Source: Patescibacteria group bacterium
GTDB lineage: Bacteria; Patescibacteriota; Minisyncoccia; UBA6257
Assembly: GCA_030917555.1 (NCBI GenBank)
Contig: JAUPUN010000001.1
Coordinates: forward strand, 1 to 40,927
Direction of reading: 5' to 3'
DNA: 40,927 bases
Both the position numbers and the translations under genes were made by a program. How positions within the stretch are numbered: position 1 is the first letter of the stretch; each line of letters opens with the position of its first letter. The notes below the pieces were generated by a model. It made no database searches. It had not been told where the DNA came from and worked only from the letters and a program-made list of their open reading frames with translations. Positions 20,151-29,698 of this stretch are shown one piece after another.

Positions 20151-21287
20151 ATGTTTCAAATTATTAAACAATCTGATACTAGTTTGGCTCGCTTAGGAGA
20201 AATGACTACTAATCACGGAATTTTTAAAACCCCTGTTTTTATGCCTCCCGGTACTCAGGCTACAGTAAAAGCACTGGGGCCTGATGATTTAAACTCAATT
20301 GGCGTTGAGATTATTTTAGTAAATGCTTTTCACTTACATTTAAGACCAGGAGAAGATTTCCTTCAAACTTTTGGAGGAATTCATCGATTTATGGGCTGGT
20401 CTAAGCCGATTTTGAGTGATTCTGGCGGCTTTCAAGCATGGAGTTTTCATCACAAAGCTAATTTGAGCAGGATTAGCGAAGAAGGGGTAGAATTCGTTTC
20501 TCCTTATGATGGAACTAGAGATTTTTTTACTCCAGAAAAAGCCTTGGAAGCAGAACATAAAATAGGTTCTGATATTATTATGACTTTTGATGAATGTGCT
20601 CCTGACAATGAAGATAAAGAATATGCTCAAAAGGCTCTTGAAAGAACCAACCGTTGGGCTGAGAGATCTTTGCGGAAACATCAAGAACTAAGTCATAGAG
20701 AAATAAGCATGGGTCAGAATCCTCCTTTACTATTTGGCATTATTCAGGGAGGTATTTTTTCTGATTTGAGAAAGGAGGGAGCTAAATTTCTAGCGAGTCT
20801 TCCTTTCGACGGTTTCGCTCTGGGTGGTGAAACTATTGGTTATAATATGAAAAGAACTCTGGAATTACTAGAAGAATTAAAGCCACTTTTACCGTCTGAT
20901 AAGCCTTTATATACCATGGGATTAGGGGCTAATCCTTTCGATGTTCTTGACGTAGTAAAAAGGGGAGTAGATATGTTTGATTGTGTTAATCCCGCGAGAA
21001 TTGCTAGACATGGTGGTTTATATAATGGAGAATTAATAATTCAAAAAGAAGGTGTTTTCTTTCAATCAGAGTTTAAAAATGGTATTCTTAAACTAGCTAA
21101 TAGTCGTTTTAAGAACGATAATTCTCCCATAGATAATTTTTGTGATTGTTATACTTGTCGTACTTTTTCGCGAGCTTATTTAAGACATTTATATTTTTGT
21201 CAAGAACCTCTTTATTTAAGATTAGCTACTCTTCATAATTTAAGATTTATGATGAGATTAGTGCAAGCTCTAAGAGATAATATTTAA
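20151..21287 (+). CDS. tgt: Queuine/preQ1 tRNA-ribosyltransferase
   Basis: FMPPGTQATVK, LSDSGGFQ and the zinc site CDCYTCRTFSRAYLRHL. The ATG at 20151 aligns better with Tgt N-termini than the TTG at 20133. Confidence 0.95.
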   Translation: MFQIIKQSDTSLARLGEMTTNHGIFKTPVFMPPGTQATVKALGPDDLNSIGVEIILVNAFHLHLRPGEDFLQTFGGIHRFMGWSKPILSDSGGFQAWSFHHKANLSRISEEGVEFVSPYDGTRDFFTPEKALEAEHKIGSDIIMTFDECAPDNEDKEYAQKALERTNRWAERSLRKHQELSHREISMGQNPPLLFGIIQGGIFSDLRKEGAKFLASLPFDGFALGGETIGYNMKRTLELLEELKPLLPSDKPLYTMGLGANPFDVLDVVKRGVDMFDCVNPARIARHGGLYNGELIIQKEGVFFQSEFKNGILKLANSRFKNDNSPIDNFCDCYTCRTFSRAYLRHLYFCQEPLYLRLATLHNLRFMMRLVQALRDNI

Positions 21288-21290
21288 CTT

Positions 21291-21842
21291 ATGTTCCTTC
21301 TTCATACTTGCTGCGCTCCTTGTGCTCTTCCTTTAATAGATTCTTTGTTAAGAGAAAGAAAACCCAAAGATTTTTGTCTTTTCTTTTCTAATAGTAATAT
21401 TTTTCCCGACGAAGAATACCAGAGAAGATTTCAAGCGGTTCAAACCTTAGCTTCTTATTATCAATTAACTTTAGTAGAAGATCAAAGAGAACACCAGGAG
21501 TGGTTAACGTATCTCAGACAAAATCTAGCTAAGCCGCCAGCTAATTACCAAGAAAATCAAGCAAGATGTTTGCGTTGTTTTGAATTCCGCTTGCAGAGAA
21601 CTGTTCAATTCGCTCAAGCTAATCATTTTCAGGAATTTGCCACTAGTTTAAGTATAAACCTTTATAAAGATACCAATTTTATTAATAATTATAGTCAAAA
21701 ATTAGCTCAACAGTTTGGTTTAAAGTATTATCAGTTTTCTCTTACCCCTCAATTAGCTCATCAAAAAGAAAGGGTGCTTAACCAAAAACTTCATTTATAC
21801 CATCAAAAATATTGCGGCTGTGAATTTTCTTATAAAAATTGA
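21291..21842 (+). CDS. queH: Epoxyqueuosine reductase QueH (DUF208)
   Basis: N-terminal LLHTCCAPC and C-terminal YCGCEFS cysteine motifs characteristic of QueH. It sits next to tgt. Confidence 0.85.
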   Translation: MFLLHTCCAPCALPLIDSLLRERKPKDFCLFFSNSNIFPDEEYQRRFQAVQTLASYYQLTLVEDQREHQEWLTYLRQNLAKPPANYQENQARCLRCFEFRLQRTVQFAQANHFQEFATSLSINLYKDTNFINNYSQKLAQQFGLKYYQFSLTPQLAHQKERVLNQKLHLYHQKYCGCEFSYKN

Positions 21843-21854
21843 TATAATAAAAGC

Positions 21855-23639
21855 ATGATAAAAGATTCCAATTTTTTACGTAAAAGTTTTCTAGAGTTTT
21901 TTCAAAAGAAAGGGCATAGAATCGTGCCTTCTTCTTCTTTAATTCCTGATAATGATCCTTCAGTTCTTTTTACTACTGCTGGAATGCAACAGTTTAAATT
22001 GTATTATCTTGGAAGTAAAGATCCCTTTAAAGATCTTCATCCCTTGCTGAATGAACCTTTAAACACTTTGCAAACTGCTACTTGTCAAAAATGTCTTAGG
22101 ACTAGCGATATTGAATCAGTAGGAGACGAAAGTCATTTAACATTTTTTGAAATGTTGGGTAATTTTTCTTTCGGTGGTTATTTTAAAGAAGCAGCAATTA
22201 ATTATGCATGGGAGTATTTGACTCAGTCTCTCAAAATTGCTCCAGAAAGAATGACGGTAAGCGTTTTTAAGGGTGCAGCTGAGGTGCCTTTTGATCAAGA
22301 ATCTTACCAATTTTGGTTAAAGTTGGGTTTTCCTAAAGAAAAAATTATTTTAGGCGAAAAAGAGGATAATTTTTGGGGTCCTACTGGTAAAGAAGGTCCT
22401 TGCGGTCCCACTACTGAAATTTATGTGGATGGTTTAGAGATTTGGAATCTAGTATTTAATCAATATTACAAGACTTCGGAAGGAATTTTAAAACCACTTA
22501 AAATCAATGGAGTAGATACTGGTATGGGCTTGGAAAGATTAGCTTTAGTTACAGAATTTCCTCAACAATCCGAGAAAACAATTTTTGAGACAGATCTTTT
22601 TAAAGATTTGATGCAAAGTCTCAAAGAAGCCAGTAGCTTGCCGCAAGAAAAACTTTTAAGAATTATCGCTGATCATTATCGAGCCTCTATTTTTCTAGCT
22701 GCTGCTGGTGTTGTGCCTTCCAATACTGAGAGGGGATATATTCTGCGGAGGCTGATGAGAAGAATTATTCGTTTTGAAAAGGTGATTCAATTAAAGGAGG
22801 AATGGTATCTGAAAGGTTTTGAGATTCTTCAAAATAAATATCGCAATTTTTATCCAGAATTAGATAATCAATCAGAAATTCTTAATACTTTTTTTCAAGA
22901 GAGAGACAAATTTGAAAAAACCTTGCAAAATGGGATTAGGGCTTGGGAAAAATTACTGAGAAGAATAGGGGAGAAAAAAGAAATTCCTGGTCGGGAAGCT
23001 TTTTATCTCTACGAGAGTTATGGATTTCCTTTGGAAATACTTGAAGAAATGGCGGAAGAGCAAGGTAAAGTTGTTAATCAGGAAGAATTTCGACAAGAAT
23101 TTGAAAAGCATCAAGAGATTTCTCGTATCGGGCAGGAGAAAAAATTCGGTGGTCATGGAATTAATACGGTTGCAAATGAACAAGATAAAATTAAAATTAC
23201 CAAACTTCATACCGCTACTCATTTATTATTAGCAGCTCTCCGGACAATGTTAGGGCCTCAAATAGAACAACGTGGTTCTGATATTACTCCGGAAAGGCTT
23301 AGATTAGATTTTCCTTTTGCTCGAAAATTAACAGTCTCTGAACTTCAAGAAATTGAAAATTTAGTAAACCAAATGATTCAAAAAAATCTCAAAGTAGAAC
23401 ATTATGAAACTACTTATGAAGAAGCTCTTAGTCAGGGAGTGATAGGGACTTTTAAAGATCGCTATCCAGAAAAAGTAATTGTTTATGAAATTAAGGATTC
23501 AGATACTGGTCAAATTGTTTCGGCTGAAATTTGCGCTGGTCCTCACGTTACTACTACTCAAGAATTAGGTCATTTTAAAATTTTAAAAGAAGAAGCAGTA
23601 GGACAGGGCGTGCGGAGAATTAAAGCTATCTTAGAATAA
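21855..23639 (+). CDS. alaS: Alanine--tRNA ligase, short form (594 aa)
   Basis: Class II core FTTAGMQQFK, MLGNFSFGGYF and GMGLERL. Editing-domain zinc motifs HTATHLL and CAGPHV are present. There is no C-terminal C-Ala domain. Confidence 0.92.
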   Translation: MIKDSNFLRKSFLEFFQKKGHRIVPSSSLIPDNDPSVLFTTAGMQQFKLYYLGSKDPFKDLHPLLNEPLNTLQTATCQKCLRTSDIESVGDESHLTFFEMLGNFSFGGYFKEAAINYAWEYLTQSLKIAPERMTVSVFKGAAEVPFDQESYQFWLKLGFPKEKIILGEKEDNFWGPTGKEGPCGPTTEIYVDGLEIWNLVFNQYYKTSEGILKPLKINGVDTGMGLERLALVTEFPQQSEKTIFETDLFKDLMQSLKEASSLPQEKLLRIIADHYRASIFLAAAGVVPSNTERGYILRRLMRRIIRFEKVIQLKEEWYLKGFEILQNKYRNFYPELDNQSEILNTFFQERDKFEKTLQNGIRAWEKLLRRIGEKKEIPGREAFYLYESYGFPLEILEEMAEEQGKVVNQEEFRQEFEKHQEISRIGQEKKFGGHGINTVANEQDKIKITKLHTATHLLLAALRTMLGPQIEQRGSDITPERLRLDFPFARKLTVSELQEIENLVNQMIQKNLKVEHYETTYEEALSQGVIGTFKDRYPEKVIVYEIKDSDTGQIVSAEICAGPHVTTTQELGHFKILKEEAVGQGVRRIKAILE

Positions 23640-23659
23640 AAATTACTTATTATTTAGGT

Positions 23660-24883
23660 ATGCCAAACTTAACAGATCTTCAGCTAAATCTTATTAAAGA
23701 TTCCAGAAATGAAGATACTTTAGAAGTAAAAATGAAAAGCAATAATCTTGAGGTATCTGCAAGTGTTCCTCGCGGTAAAAGTAGGGGAGAAAAGGAGGCT
23801 ACTTTATTGGAACCGAAGCTAGCTTTAGAAAGATTTCCTCAAATTAAATCCTATTTATTAAGAGAAAATTTTTCTTCTTTAAGTCAATTTGATTCTTTTT
23901 TAATTAGTTTAGACGGAACAAAAAATAAGGCTAACTTGGGCGGTAATTTAACTTTAGTACTTTCTCAAGCTTACGCTCGCCTTCAAGCTCAATTCCAAAA
24001 TTTATCTTTATGCCAATATCTTAGAAAAGAATTAGTACAAAAGGTACCTTCTTTAGAAAGAAAACTGCAAAAAACACCGCCACCTTATTTTTTCTTTAAT
24101 CTAATTAATGGTGGCAGTCATGCTCCCTATGGACCCAAGATTCAAGAGTATCTGTTTATTCCGGTAACAAACAAGACCAGACTTTCTCTTGATTTAGCCA
24201 CTGTTTTTTTTGCTAATTTGAAAGAATATTGTTTAGTTAAATATGGAAAAGTTGAACAAGGGGATGAGGGTGGTTTGTTAGTTCCAGAGAACAATTATGA
24301 GCAACCTTTAGAAATTCTCAATTACTTAAGGCAAGAATTAGGTTTGCAAAAAGAAGTTAGATTTGGTTTAGATGCAGCTGCTTCCACTTTTTATCAGACT
24401 ACTAGCGGGAAATATGAGATTCTGCCTGGTCATTTTTATTCTCAAGAAGAACTTCTCTCTCTTTATCAAAGCTTAAATTCTAAATATCATTTCCTGTCTC
24501 TAGAAGATCCTTTTAGCGAAACTGATTGGTCTGGTTTTCAGTTAATTACTAAACGTTTAAAAAGACAAACCGAAATTATAGGAGATGATTTAACAGCTAC
24601 CAATCCAGAACTTTTAACTCTGGCTTATCAAAAAGAAGCTCTTTCAGGGGTCATTATTAAACCAACCCAAATTGGCACTATTACTGAAACTTTAAATACG
24701 ATTGCTTTGGCTCATCAATTGCAAATAAAAATCATTGTTAGTCATCGGAGCGGAGAAACGCTGGATGATTTTATTGCTGATTTAGCAATAGCAACAGGTG
24801 CGTGGGGGTTTAAGGCTGGAGCTCCTCAACCGCAAGAAAGAATGATAAAATATCAAAGAGTAGTAGAGCTTACTGCTAATTAA
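23660..24883 (+). CDS. eno: Enolase (divergent)
   Basis: LINGGSHA, DEGG, LDAAAS, LEDPF, IGDDL, IKPTQIGT, SHRSGET and FKAGAP...ER..KY are all present. Confidence 0.82.
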   Translation: MPNLTDLQLNLIKDSRNEDTLEVKMKSNNLEVSASVPRGKSRGEKEATLLEPKLALERFPQIKSYLLRENFSSLSQFDSFLISLDGTKNKANLGGNLTLVLSQAYARLQAQFQNLSLCQYLRKELVQKVPSLERKLQKTPPPYFFFNLINGGSHAPYGPKIQEYLFIPVTNKTRLSLDLATVFFANLKEYCLVKYGKVEQGDEGGLLVPENNYEQPLEILNYLRQELGLQKEVRFGLDAAASTFYQTTSGKYEILPGHFYSQEELLSLYQSLNSKYHFLSLEDPFSETDWSGFQLITKRLKRQTEIIGDDLTATNPELLTLAYQKEALSGVIIKPTQIGTITETLNTIALAHQLQIKIIVSHRSGETLDDFIADLAIATGAWGFKAGAPQPQERMIKYQRVVELTAN

Positions 24884-24955
24884 CAACTAACAATTTATAC
24901 TCTAATTACTTAAATTTCTTTGAAGTTTAAGCGGTTAAATAACTAATAAAAATGT

Positions 24956-25981
24956 ATGCCTAAAATTGCTTTTTTAGAAACTACTAATTGGGAAAAGGAT
25001 TACTTGAAGAAAAGACCAGAGTTTTTAAGCCAGATAGAGTTATTTGAGGAACCATTAACTTTGGCGAATGTTTCGCAATTTAAAGATTATGAAGTAATAT
25101 CTTGTTTTATTAATTCCCAATTCACTAAAGACATTTTAGAGCAACTACCTAATTTAAAATTGCTGGCTACCAGATCAACCGGATTTGATCATATTGATTT
25201 AGCTACTTGTCAAAAAAAGAAAATTTTAGTTGCTTACGTGCCGGCTTATGGTTCTCATACAGTGGCAGAATATACTTTTGGTTTATTACTTTGTTTAGTA
25301 AGGAAAATTTACCAAGCTTATCATCAAGTTAGAGAAACTGGTAGTTTTTCTCTTGAGGGTTTAAAGGGTCAAGAACTGTATGGTAAAACCATTGGAGTAA
25401 TAGGAACTGGTAGAATTGGAATAAACGTGATTAAAATTGCTCGGGGTTTTGAAATGAACATCTTAGCCTATGATAAATATCCTAACGAAGAATTGGCTCA
25501 ACAACTTGATTTTGAGTACGTTCCTTTTGAGAAACTTTTAATGTCTTCAGATGTGATTACTTTTCATGTTCCGTATAATTCGGAAACCCATCATCTTCTA
25601 AACAGGGAGAAGATCAAGTTAGTAAAAAAGGGAGCAGTAATCATTAATACTTCAAGAGGAGGGGTGATAGAAACTGAAGCTTTGTACCAAGCTATTAAAA
25701 GTGGTCAACTTGCTGGTGCTGCTTTAGATGTTTTAGAGGAAGAGGGAGACATTAAAGAAGAGCAAGAACTCTTAGTAAAAGGAGGAAACTTATCCTCTGA
25801 GAAATTAAAAACTGTTTTATTAAATCACATTTTTATCGATTTAGATAATGTAATTGTGACGCCACATAACGCTTTTCAAACCGAGGAAGCTCTAGAAAAC
25901 ATTGTTGAAACTACCCTGGATACTATAAAAAGTTATTTAGCTGGTAAACCAATTAATATTGTAAGTCAAACAAATCTTTAA
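24956..25981 (+). CDS. D-isomer-specific 2-hydroxyacid dehydrogenase (D-lactate dehydrogenase-like)
   Basis: NAD fold GVIGTGRIG. The catalytic pattern NTSRG ... ALDV(L)E.E ... TPH is typical of the family. Confidence 0.88.
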   Translation: MPKIAFLETTNWEKDYLKKRPEFLSQIELFEEPLTLANVSQFKDYEVISCFINSQFTKDILEQLPNLKLLATRSTGFDHIDLATCQKKKILVAYVPAYGSHTVAEYTFGLLLCLVRKIYQAYHQVRETGSFSLEGLKGQELYGKTIGVIGTGRIGINVIKIARGFEMNILAYDKYPNEELAQQLDFEYVPFEKLLMSSDVITFHVPYNSETHHLLNREKIKLVKKGAVIINTSRGGVIETEALYQAIKSGQLAGAALDVLEEEGDIKEEQELLVKGGNLSSEKLKTVLLNHIFIDLDNVIVTPHNAFQTEEALENIVETTLDTIKSYLAGKPINIVSQTNL

Positions 25982-25995
25982 TAAATTATTCTACT

Positions 25996-26355
25996 ATGTT
26001 AAAAGATGATTGTGTTTTTTGTAAAATTATTAAAGGAGATATTCCCTCAAAAAAATACTATGAGGACGATAATTTTTTAGCTATTTATGATATTAATCCT
26101 ATTAGCGAAGGTCATTTAGTTTTGTTTTCTAAAAATCACACTACTAACGTTAGTGAAATGCCAGAAGAAGAATGGCAAAAAATGATGAGTTTAGCTAGAA
26201 GATTAGCAGAACAAGAAATGAAAGAATTACAAGCTGACGGCTATCATCTTTTAATTAATCAAGGAGAAGCTGCTCAATCATTAGTGGCACATCGTCCACA
26301 CCTTCATATTATTCCTCGTCGCTTTGGAGATAGTTTTAAAATAGATCCTCGTTAA
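25996..26355 (+). CDS. HIT-family nucleotide hydrolase/transferase
   Basis: CVFCKII N-terminus and the histidine triad HLHIIPR. Confidence 0.9.
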   Translation: MLKDDCVFCKIIKGDIPSKKYYEDDNFLAIYDINPISEGHLVLFSKNHTTNVSEMPEEEWQKMMSLARRLAEQEMKELQADGYHLLINQGEAAQSLVAHRPHLHIIPRRFGDSFKIDPR

Positions 26356-26361
26356 AATCTT

Positions 26362-27915
26362 ATGTTTTCTTCAGGAATGGCGATACCTTATTTCGCCCAA
26401 TTAATTGCGAATTCAAAAGTTGTTCGTTTTGCTTTAGCTTTGCCTAGCAGTTCTTTTTCCTATCTGATTGCTTTAATTTTGGGTCTTTTTTTTGTAAGAT
26501 TATTTTTTTATGTTTTTTATGCTTCTAAAACTTGGAAAAAGAAAGAAGATTTAACTTTTCAAGATTTAAATAACCTTTGTGTTAAAACCAACCAAAAACT
26601 GCCTTTTTTTACTATTTTAATTCCAGCTTTAGAAGAAGCTGAAGTAATTGCTAGCACTATTCAGAGAGTAGCTCAAATTAATTACCCTTCTGATTGTTAT
26701 CAAATTAGAGTAATTGTAGATGAAAAGGAAAAATTACGAGCTAAATCAAATCAAATTACTACTCGTCAAGTAGTGGAGGATTTAATAAATAAATTTCGTA
26801 ATCAGCCTCAGTGTCCCAAGTTAAATTTATTAGAAGTACCTTATGATTTTGATGGTTACTTAAATGGCCAATGCTTGAGCAAAGAAGTACCTTCTACTAA
26901 AGGTCGGGCTTTAAATTACGCTTTATCTCAAAAAGATGAAATAACAGATTTTTATGCTTTTTTTGATGCTGAAGCTGGTCCCAATCCTGGTTCTTTTTTA
27001 GCGGTAGCTAAATCTTATCTCTTGAATAATAAAAATATTGTGTTTCAATTGCCGGTGTATCAAATTAGAAATTTTTGGTCTTTAAATGCTTTTTGTAAGG
27101 TAGCAGCTTTAAGCCAATGTTTTTCACATCAATATGTTTTACCATTTATTTTTATCTTTATGCCTTTTATTGGTGGAACTAATTTATTTATTCATCGATC
27201 AGTGATTCTTAAAAACGGGGGCTTTGATAATACTATTTTAACTGAAGATATTGAATTAGGGGTGAGATTATATGTAGAGCAGGATTTATGGCCGATTTAT
27301 TTGCCCTATCCTTCTACCGAACAAACTCCTCCTACTCTTTCTGCCTATCATAAACAAAGATATCGTTGGGGGTTTGGTTTAATGCAAACTATGCAAAAAC
27401 TTTTTAGACAATTAAAAGAAACTCAAGAGCAAAAATCCAAAGAGAAGCATCAGCGTATTAAGAAAATGATTTATAGTTTGAGTGTTCATGGGCCGATTGA
27501 TTGGATTCTTTATTATCCTCTCACTTTAGCTGCTACTTTACTTTTTTTGATGAGAGTATTTAAATCCGCTTTTATTTCTTTTATTTTGTACCATTTTTCT
27601 ACTCTCACCCTCGTTCCCTGGAATCCTCTCAATGATGCTTTAAGCTTAATTTTAGTGTTTATCCCTATTCCTACTTTAGTATTTTTAATTGTTTTATTAA
27701 AGCATTATTGGTCATATATTAATCATGCTACAGCTACTTTTACTGACAAAAGAAAACAACTTATTAATTTAGCCTTTTTTGTTCTTTTTGGGGCACCCCT
27801 CAGTATGTCTTATTATGTTTTTCCATATGTGCACGCCTTTTTTAATTTTGTATTTCATCCTCATCAACAAACTGTCTGGATTAAAACCCAAAGGACTAAA
27901 GAAGTTTTAACTTAA
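26362..27915 (+). CDS. Membrane-embedded family-2 glycosyltransferase, processive-synthase type
   Basis: FDAEAG (DxD-like), LTEDIELG (TED) and QRYRWGFG (QxxRW), with TM segments at both ends. Confidence 0.8.
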   Translation: MFSSGMAIPYFAQLIANSKVVRFALALPSSSFSYLIALILGLFFVRLFFYVFYASKTWKKKEDLTFQDLNNLCVKTNQKLPFFTILIPALEEAEVIASTIQRVAQINYPSDCYQIRVIVDEKEKLRAKSNQITTRQVVEDLINKFRNQPQCPKLNLLEVPYDFDGYLNGQCLSKEVPSTKGRALNYALSQKDEITDFYAFFDAEAGPNPGSFLAVAKSYLLNNKNIVFQLPVYQIRNFWSLNAFCKVAALSQCFSHQYVLPFIFIFMPFIGGTNLFIHRSVILKNGGFDNTILTEDIELGVRLYVEQDLWPIYLPYPSTEQTPPTLSAYHKQRYRWGFGLMQTMQKLFRQLKETQEQKSKEKHQRIKKMIYSLSVHGPIDWILYYPLTLAATLLFLMRVFKSAFISFILYHFSTLTLVPWNPLNDALSLILVFIPIPTLVFLIVLLKHYWSYINHATATFTDKRKQLINLAFFVLFGAPLSMSYYVFPYVHAFFNFVFHPHQQTVWIKTQRTKEVLT

Positions 27916-27929
27916 ATTGTTTAAAGTGC

Positions 27930-27959
27930 TTGAAACATCTTCCAATTATCTGTTATACT
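27930..27959 (+). promoter_or_regulatory. Promoter TTGAAA-18-TATACT with TGn extension
   Basis: TTGAAA at 27930-27935 and TGTTATACT at 27951-27959, 25 nt before the 27984 ATG. Confidence 0.55.
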
Positions 27960-27983
27960 TTAATAGTAAATTAAGGTACGTTT

Positions 27984-29417
27984 ATGAGTGATTCCCCAAA
28001 GAAAAAAGTAATCGATATTTATCCTCCCAAAAGCCAGAAGGCGGTTTTTCAATTAAAAGAAGAAAGTGTTTTAATCAAAATAGAATCATCCCAAAAATCC
28101 CTGGAGCAATCTTCAGAAGTGCTTCCTACCGAGAGAGAAGCTTTGGTAGAGGAAGAGCCTGAAAATATTTCTGCAGAAGAAGATAAAACCTTAGAAGAAT
28201 TGTTAGCGACGGTGGGAGAACCGACTGAAAAACAATTACTTCTTCCTCATCGTTTCAATTTAAAATCTTTTCTTTTGCACTTTATTCTACCAGTAATTTT
28301 GATCGGATCTGTTTATTATTTGGGTTTTGTAGCTTTTACTAAAGCTGAGGTCACGATTAGTACTAAAAAATTAACCCTATCTTTGCCTAATATTAAAGTT
28401 CTAGTAGATAAAAACATCACAGCTGTTAACACTTCGCAGAGAGTATTACCAGGAACTCTTTTCACTTTTTCTAAAACAGTAGAGCAAGAATTTAAAAGTA
28501 CCGGCCAAGGCAAAGATGAAGAAAAAGCTAAGGGCACCATTACTATTATTAATAATTTTTCTACCTCACCTCAAATTTTAGTAGCTAATACTCGTTTTGA
28601 GACTCCTGATGGTAAGATTTTTCGTTTAGATTCAAGAACAGTAGTACCAGGAGCTACCTTAAAAGATGGACAACTGCAGCCAGCTTCAATAGAAGCTCAA
28701 GTAACTGCTGATCAAGCTGGACCTGATTATAACATTCCGCCCTGTAATACTAATTGTAAATTTACTATTCCTGGTTTTGAAGGAACACCGAAATTCGAAG
28801 GTTTTTATGCTATTAGTAACGAAGCTATGAGTGGGGGTAGTTTTGGTTCAGTTCCTTTAGTCACTATAGAAGATAAAACAAATGCTGAAGCCGCTGTTCG
28901 GGAAGAGATGGAAAAGCAGTTGAATGAGGATTTAAAAAATCAAATTCCCCCTGATCTAGTAGTTTTAAATGAAGCTAAAAGTAGTTTAAATATTAAGCAA
29001 TTAGTTATTGATGCTGAAGTAGGAGATGTTAGGCAAAGTTTTAAAGTAACTGCTACGGGAGAGCTAATGGTAATAGCGTTTAAGCAGCAGGATTTAATAC
29101 AAATTCTTCAAGCTCAGTTTGAGCCTCAAAAACCAGAAAAGTATGATTATTGTCAAGAGCCTACTATAGAATATCTAGATGTATCACCTAAATTTTCAAG
29201 CGGTACTCTTCAGTTGACTCTTACTGTAAGTCAAACTCTTTGCTATCGTTTATCTCCAGAGGAAATCAAAAATACTTTGGCTGGTAAAAACCAAGAAGAA
29301 TTAGATGTGTATTTAAAGAGTCTAGAAGGAGTAGAGCAGGCTCAAGTAAAGCTTTTTCCTTTTTGGCTTAAAAAAATACCTACTAATCCTCAAAAAATTA
29401 ATTTAAAGATTAATTAA
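27984..29417 (+). CDS. Membrane-anchored extracytoplasmic protein, possibly baseplate-J-like fold; function unknown
   Basis: 477 aa with an acidic N-terminus and a single TM segment (FLLHFILPVILIGSVYYLGFVAF). The segment GTITIINNFSTSPQILVANTRFETPDGKIFRL ... FTIPGF resembles CPR proteins annotated as baseplate J/gp47 family (recollection only). Confidence 0.45.
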   Translation: MSDSPKKKVIDIYPPKSQKAVFQLKEESVLIKIESSQKSLEQSSEVLPTEREALVEEEPENISAEEDKTLEELLATVGEPTEKQLLLPHRFNLKSFLLHFILPVILIGSVYYLGFVAFTKAEVTISTKKLTLSLPNIKVLVDKNITAVNTSQRVLPGTLFTFSKTVEQEFKSTGQGKDEEKAKGTITIINNFSTSPQILVANTRFETPDGKIFRLDSRTVVPGATLKDGQLQPASIEAQVTADQAGPDYNIPPCNTNCKFTIPGFEGTPKFEGFYAISNEAMSGGSFGSVPLVTIEDKTNAEAAVREEMEKQLNEDLKNQIPPDLVVLNEAKSSLNIKQLVIDAEVGDVRQSFKVTATGELMVIAFKQQDLIQILQAQFEPQKPEKYDYCQEPTIEYLDVSPKFSSGTLQLTLTVSQTLCYRLSPEEIKNTLAGKNQEELDVYLKSLEGVEQAQVKLFPFWLKKIPTNPQKINLKIN

Positions 29418-29430
29418 ACTTTTAAAGAAG

Positions 29431-29459
29431 TTGACTTCTGCTCGTTATTTTGATAAACT
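29431..29459 (+). promoter_or_regulatory. Promoter of the infA-rpmJ-rpsM... operon
   Basis: TTGACT (29431-29436), 17-nt spacer, TAAACT (29454-29459), preceded by TGa (extended -10). Confidence 0.6.
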
Positions 29460-29471
29460 AATTGATGTTTT

Positions 29472-29687
29472 ATGCCTATTGAAAAAGCCTTACGTAAAGA
29501 AGGAGTAGTAACAGAAGCTTTACGCAACGCTATGTTTCGAGTGCAGCTTAATGAAGGCGAGGAAGTTTTGGCTCATCTGGCAGGTAAACTGCGCTTAAAC
29601 CATATTAAAATTTTAGCCGGAGACAAAGTAATAGTAGAACTTTCTCCTTACGACTCTAAACGGGGTCGAATTATTTATCGTTTGTGA
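29472..29687 (+). CDS. infA: Translation initiation factor IF-1
   Basis: 71 aa with an S1-fold sequence: [30 protein letters not shown] ... [21 protein letters not shown]. Confidence 0.96.
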   Translation: MPIEKALRKEGVVTEALRNAMFRVQLNEGEEVLAHLAGKLRLNHIKILAGDKVIVELSPYDSKRGRIIYRL

Positions 29688-29698
29688 AATTAAGAATT

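Noticed and set aside
29685-29687. Possible alternative genetic code (UGA recoding, as in some candidate phyla)
   Set aside because: Long uninterrupted ORFs are obtained with the standard code. TGA also terminates well-delimited conserved genes such as infA and queH at their expected lengths.
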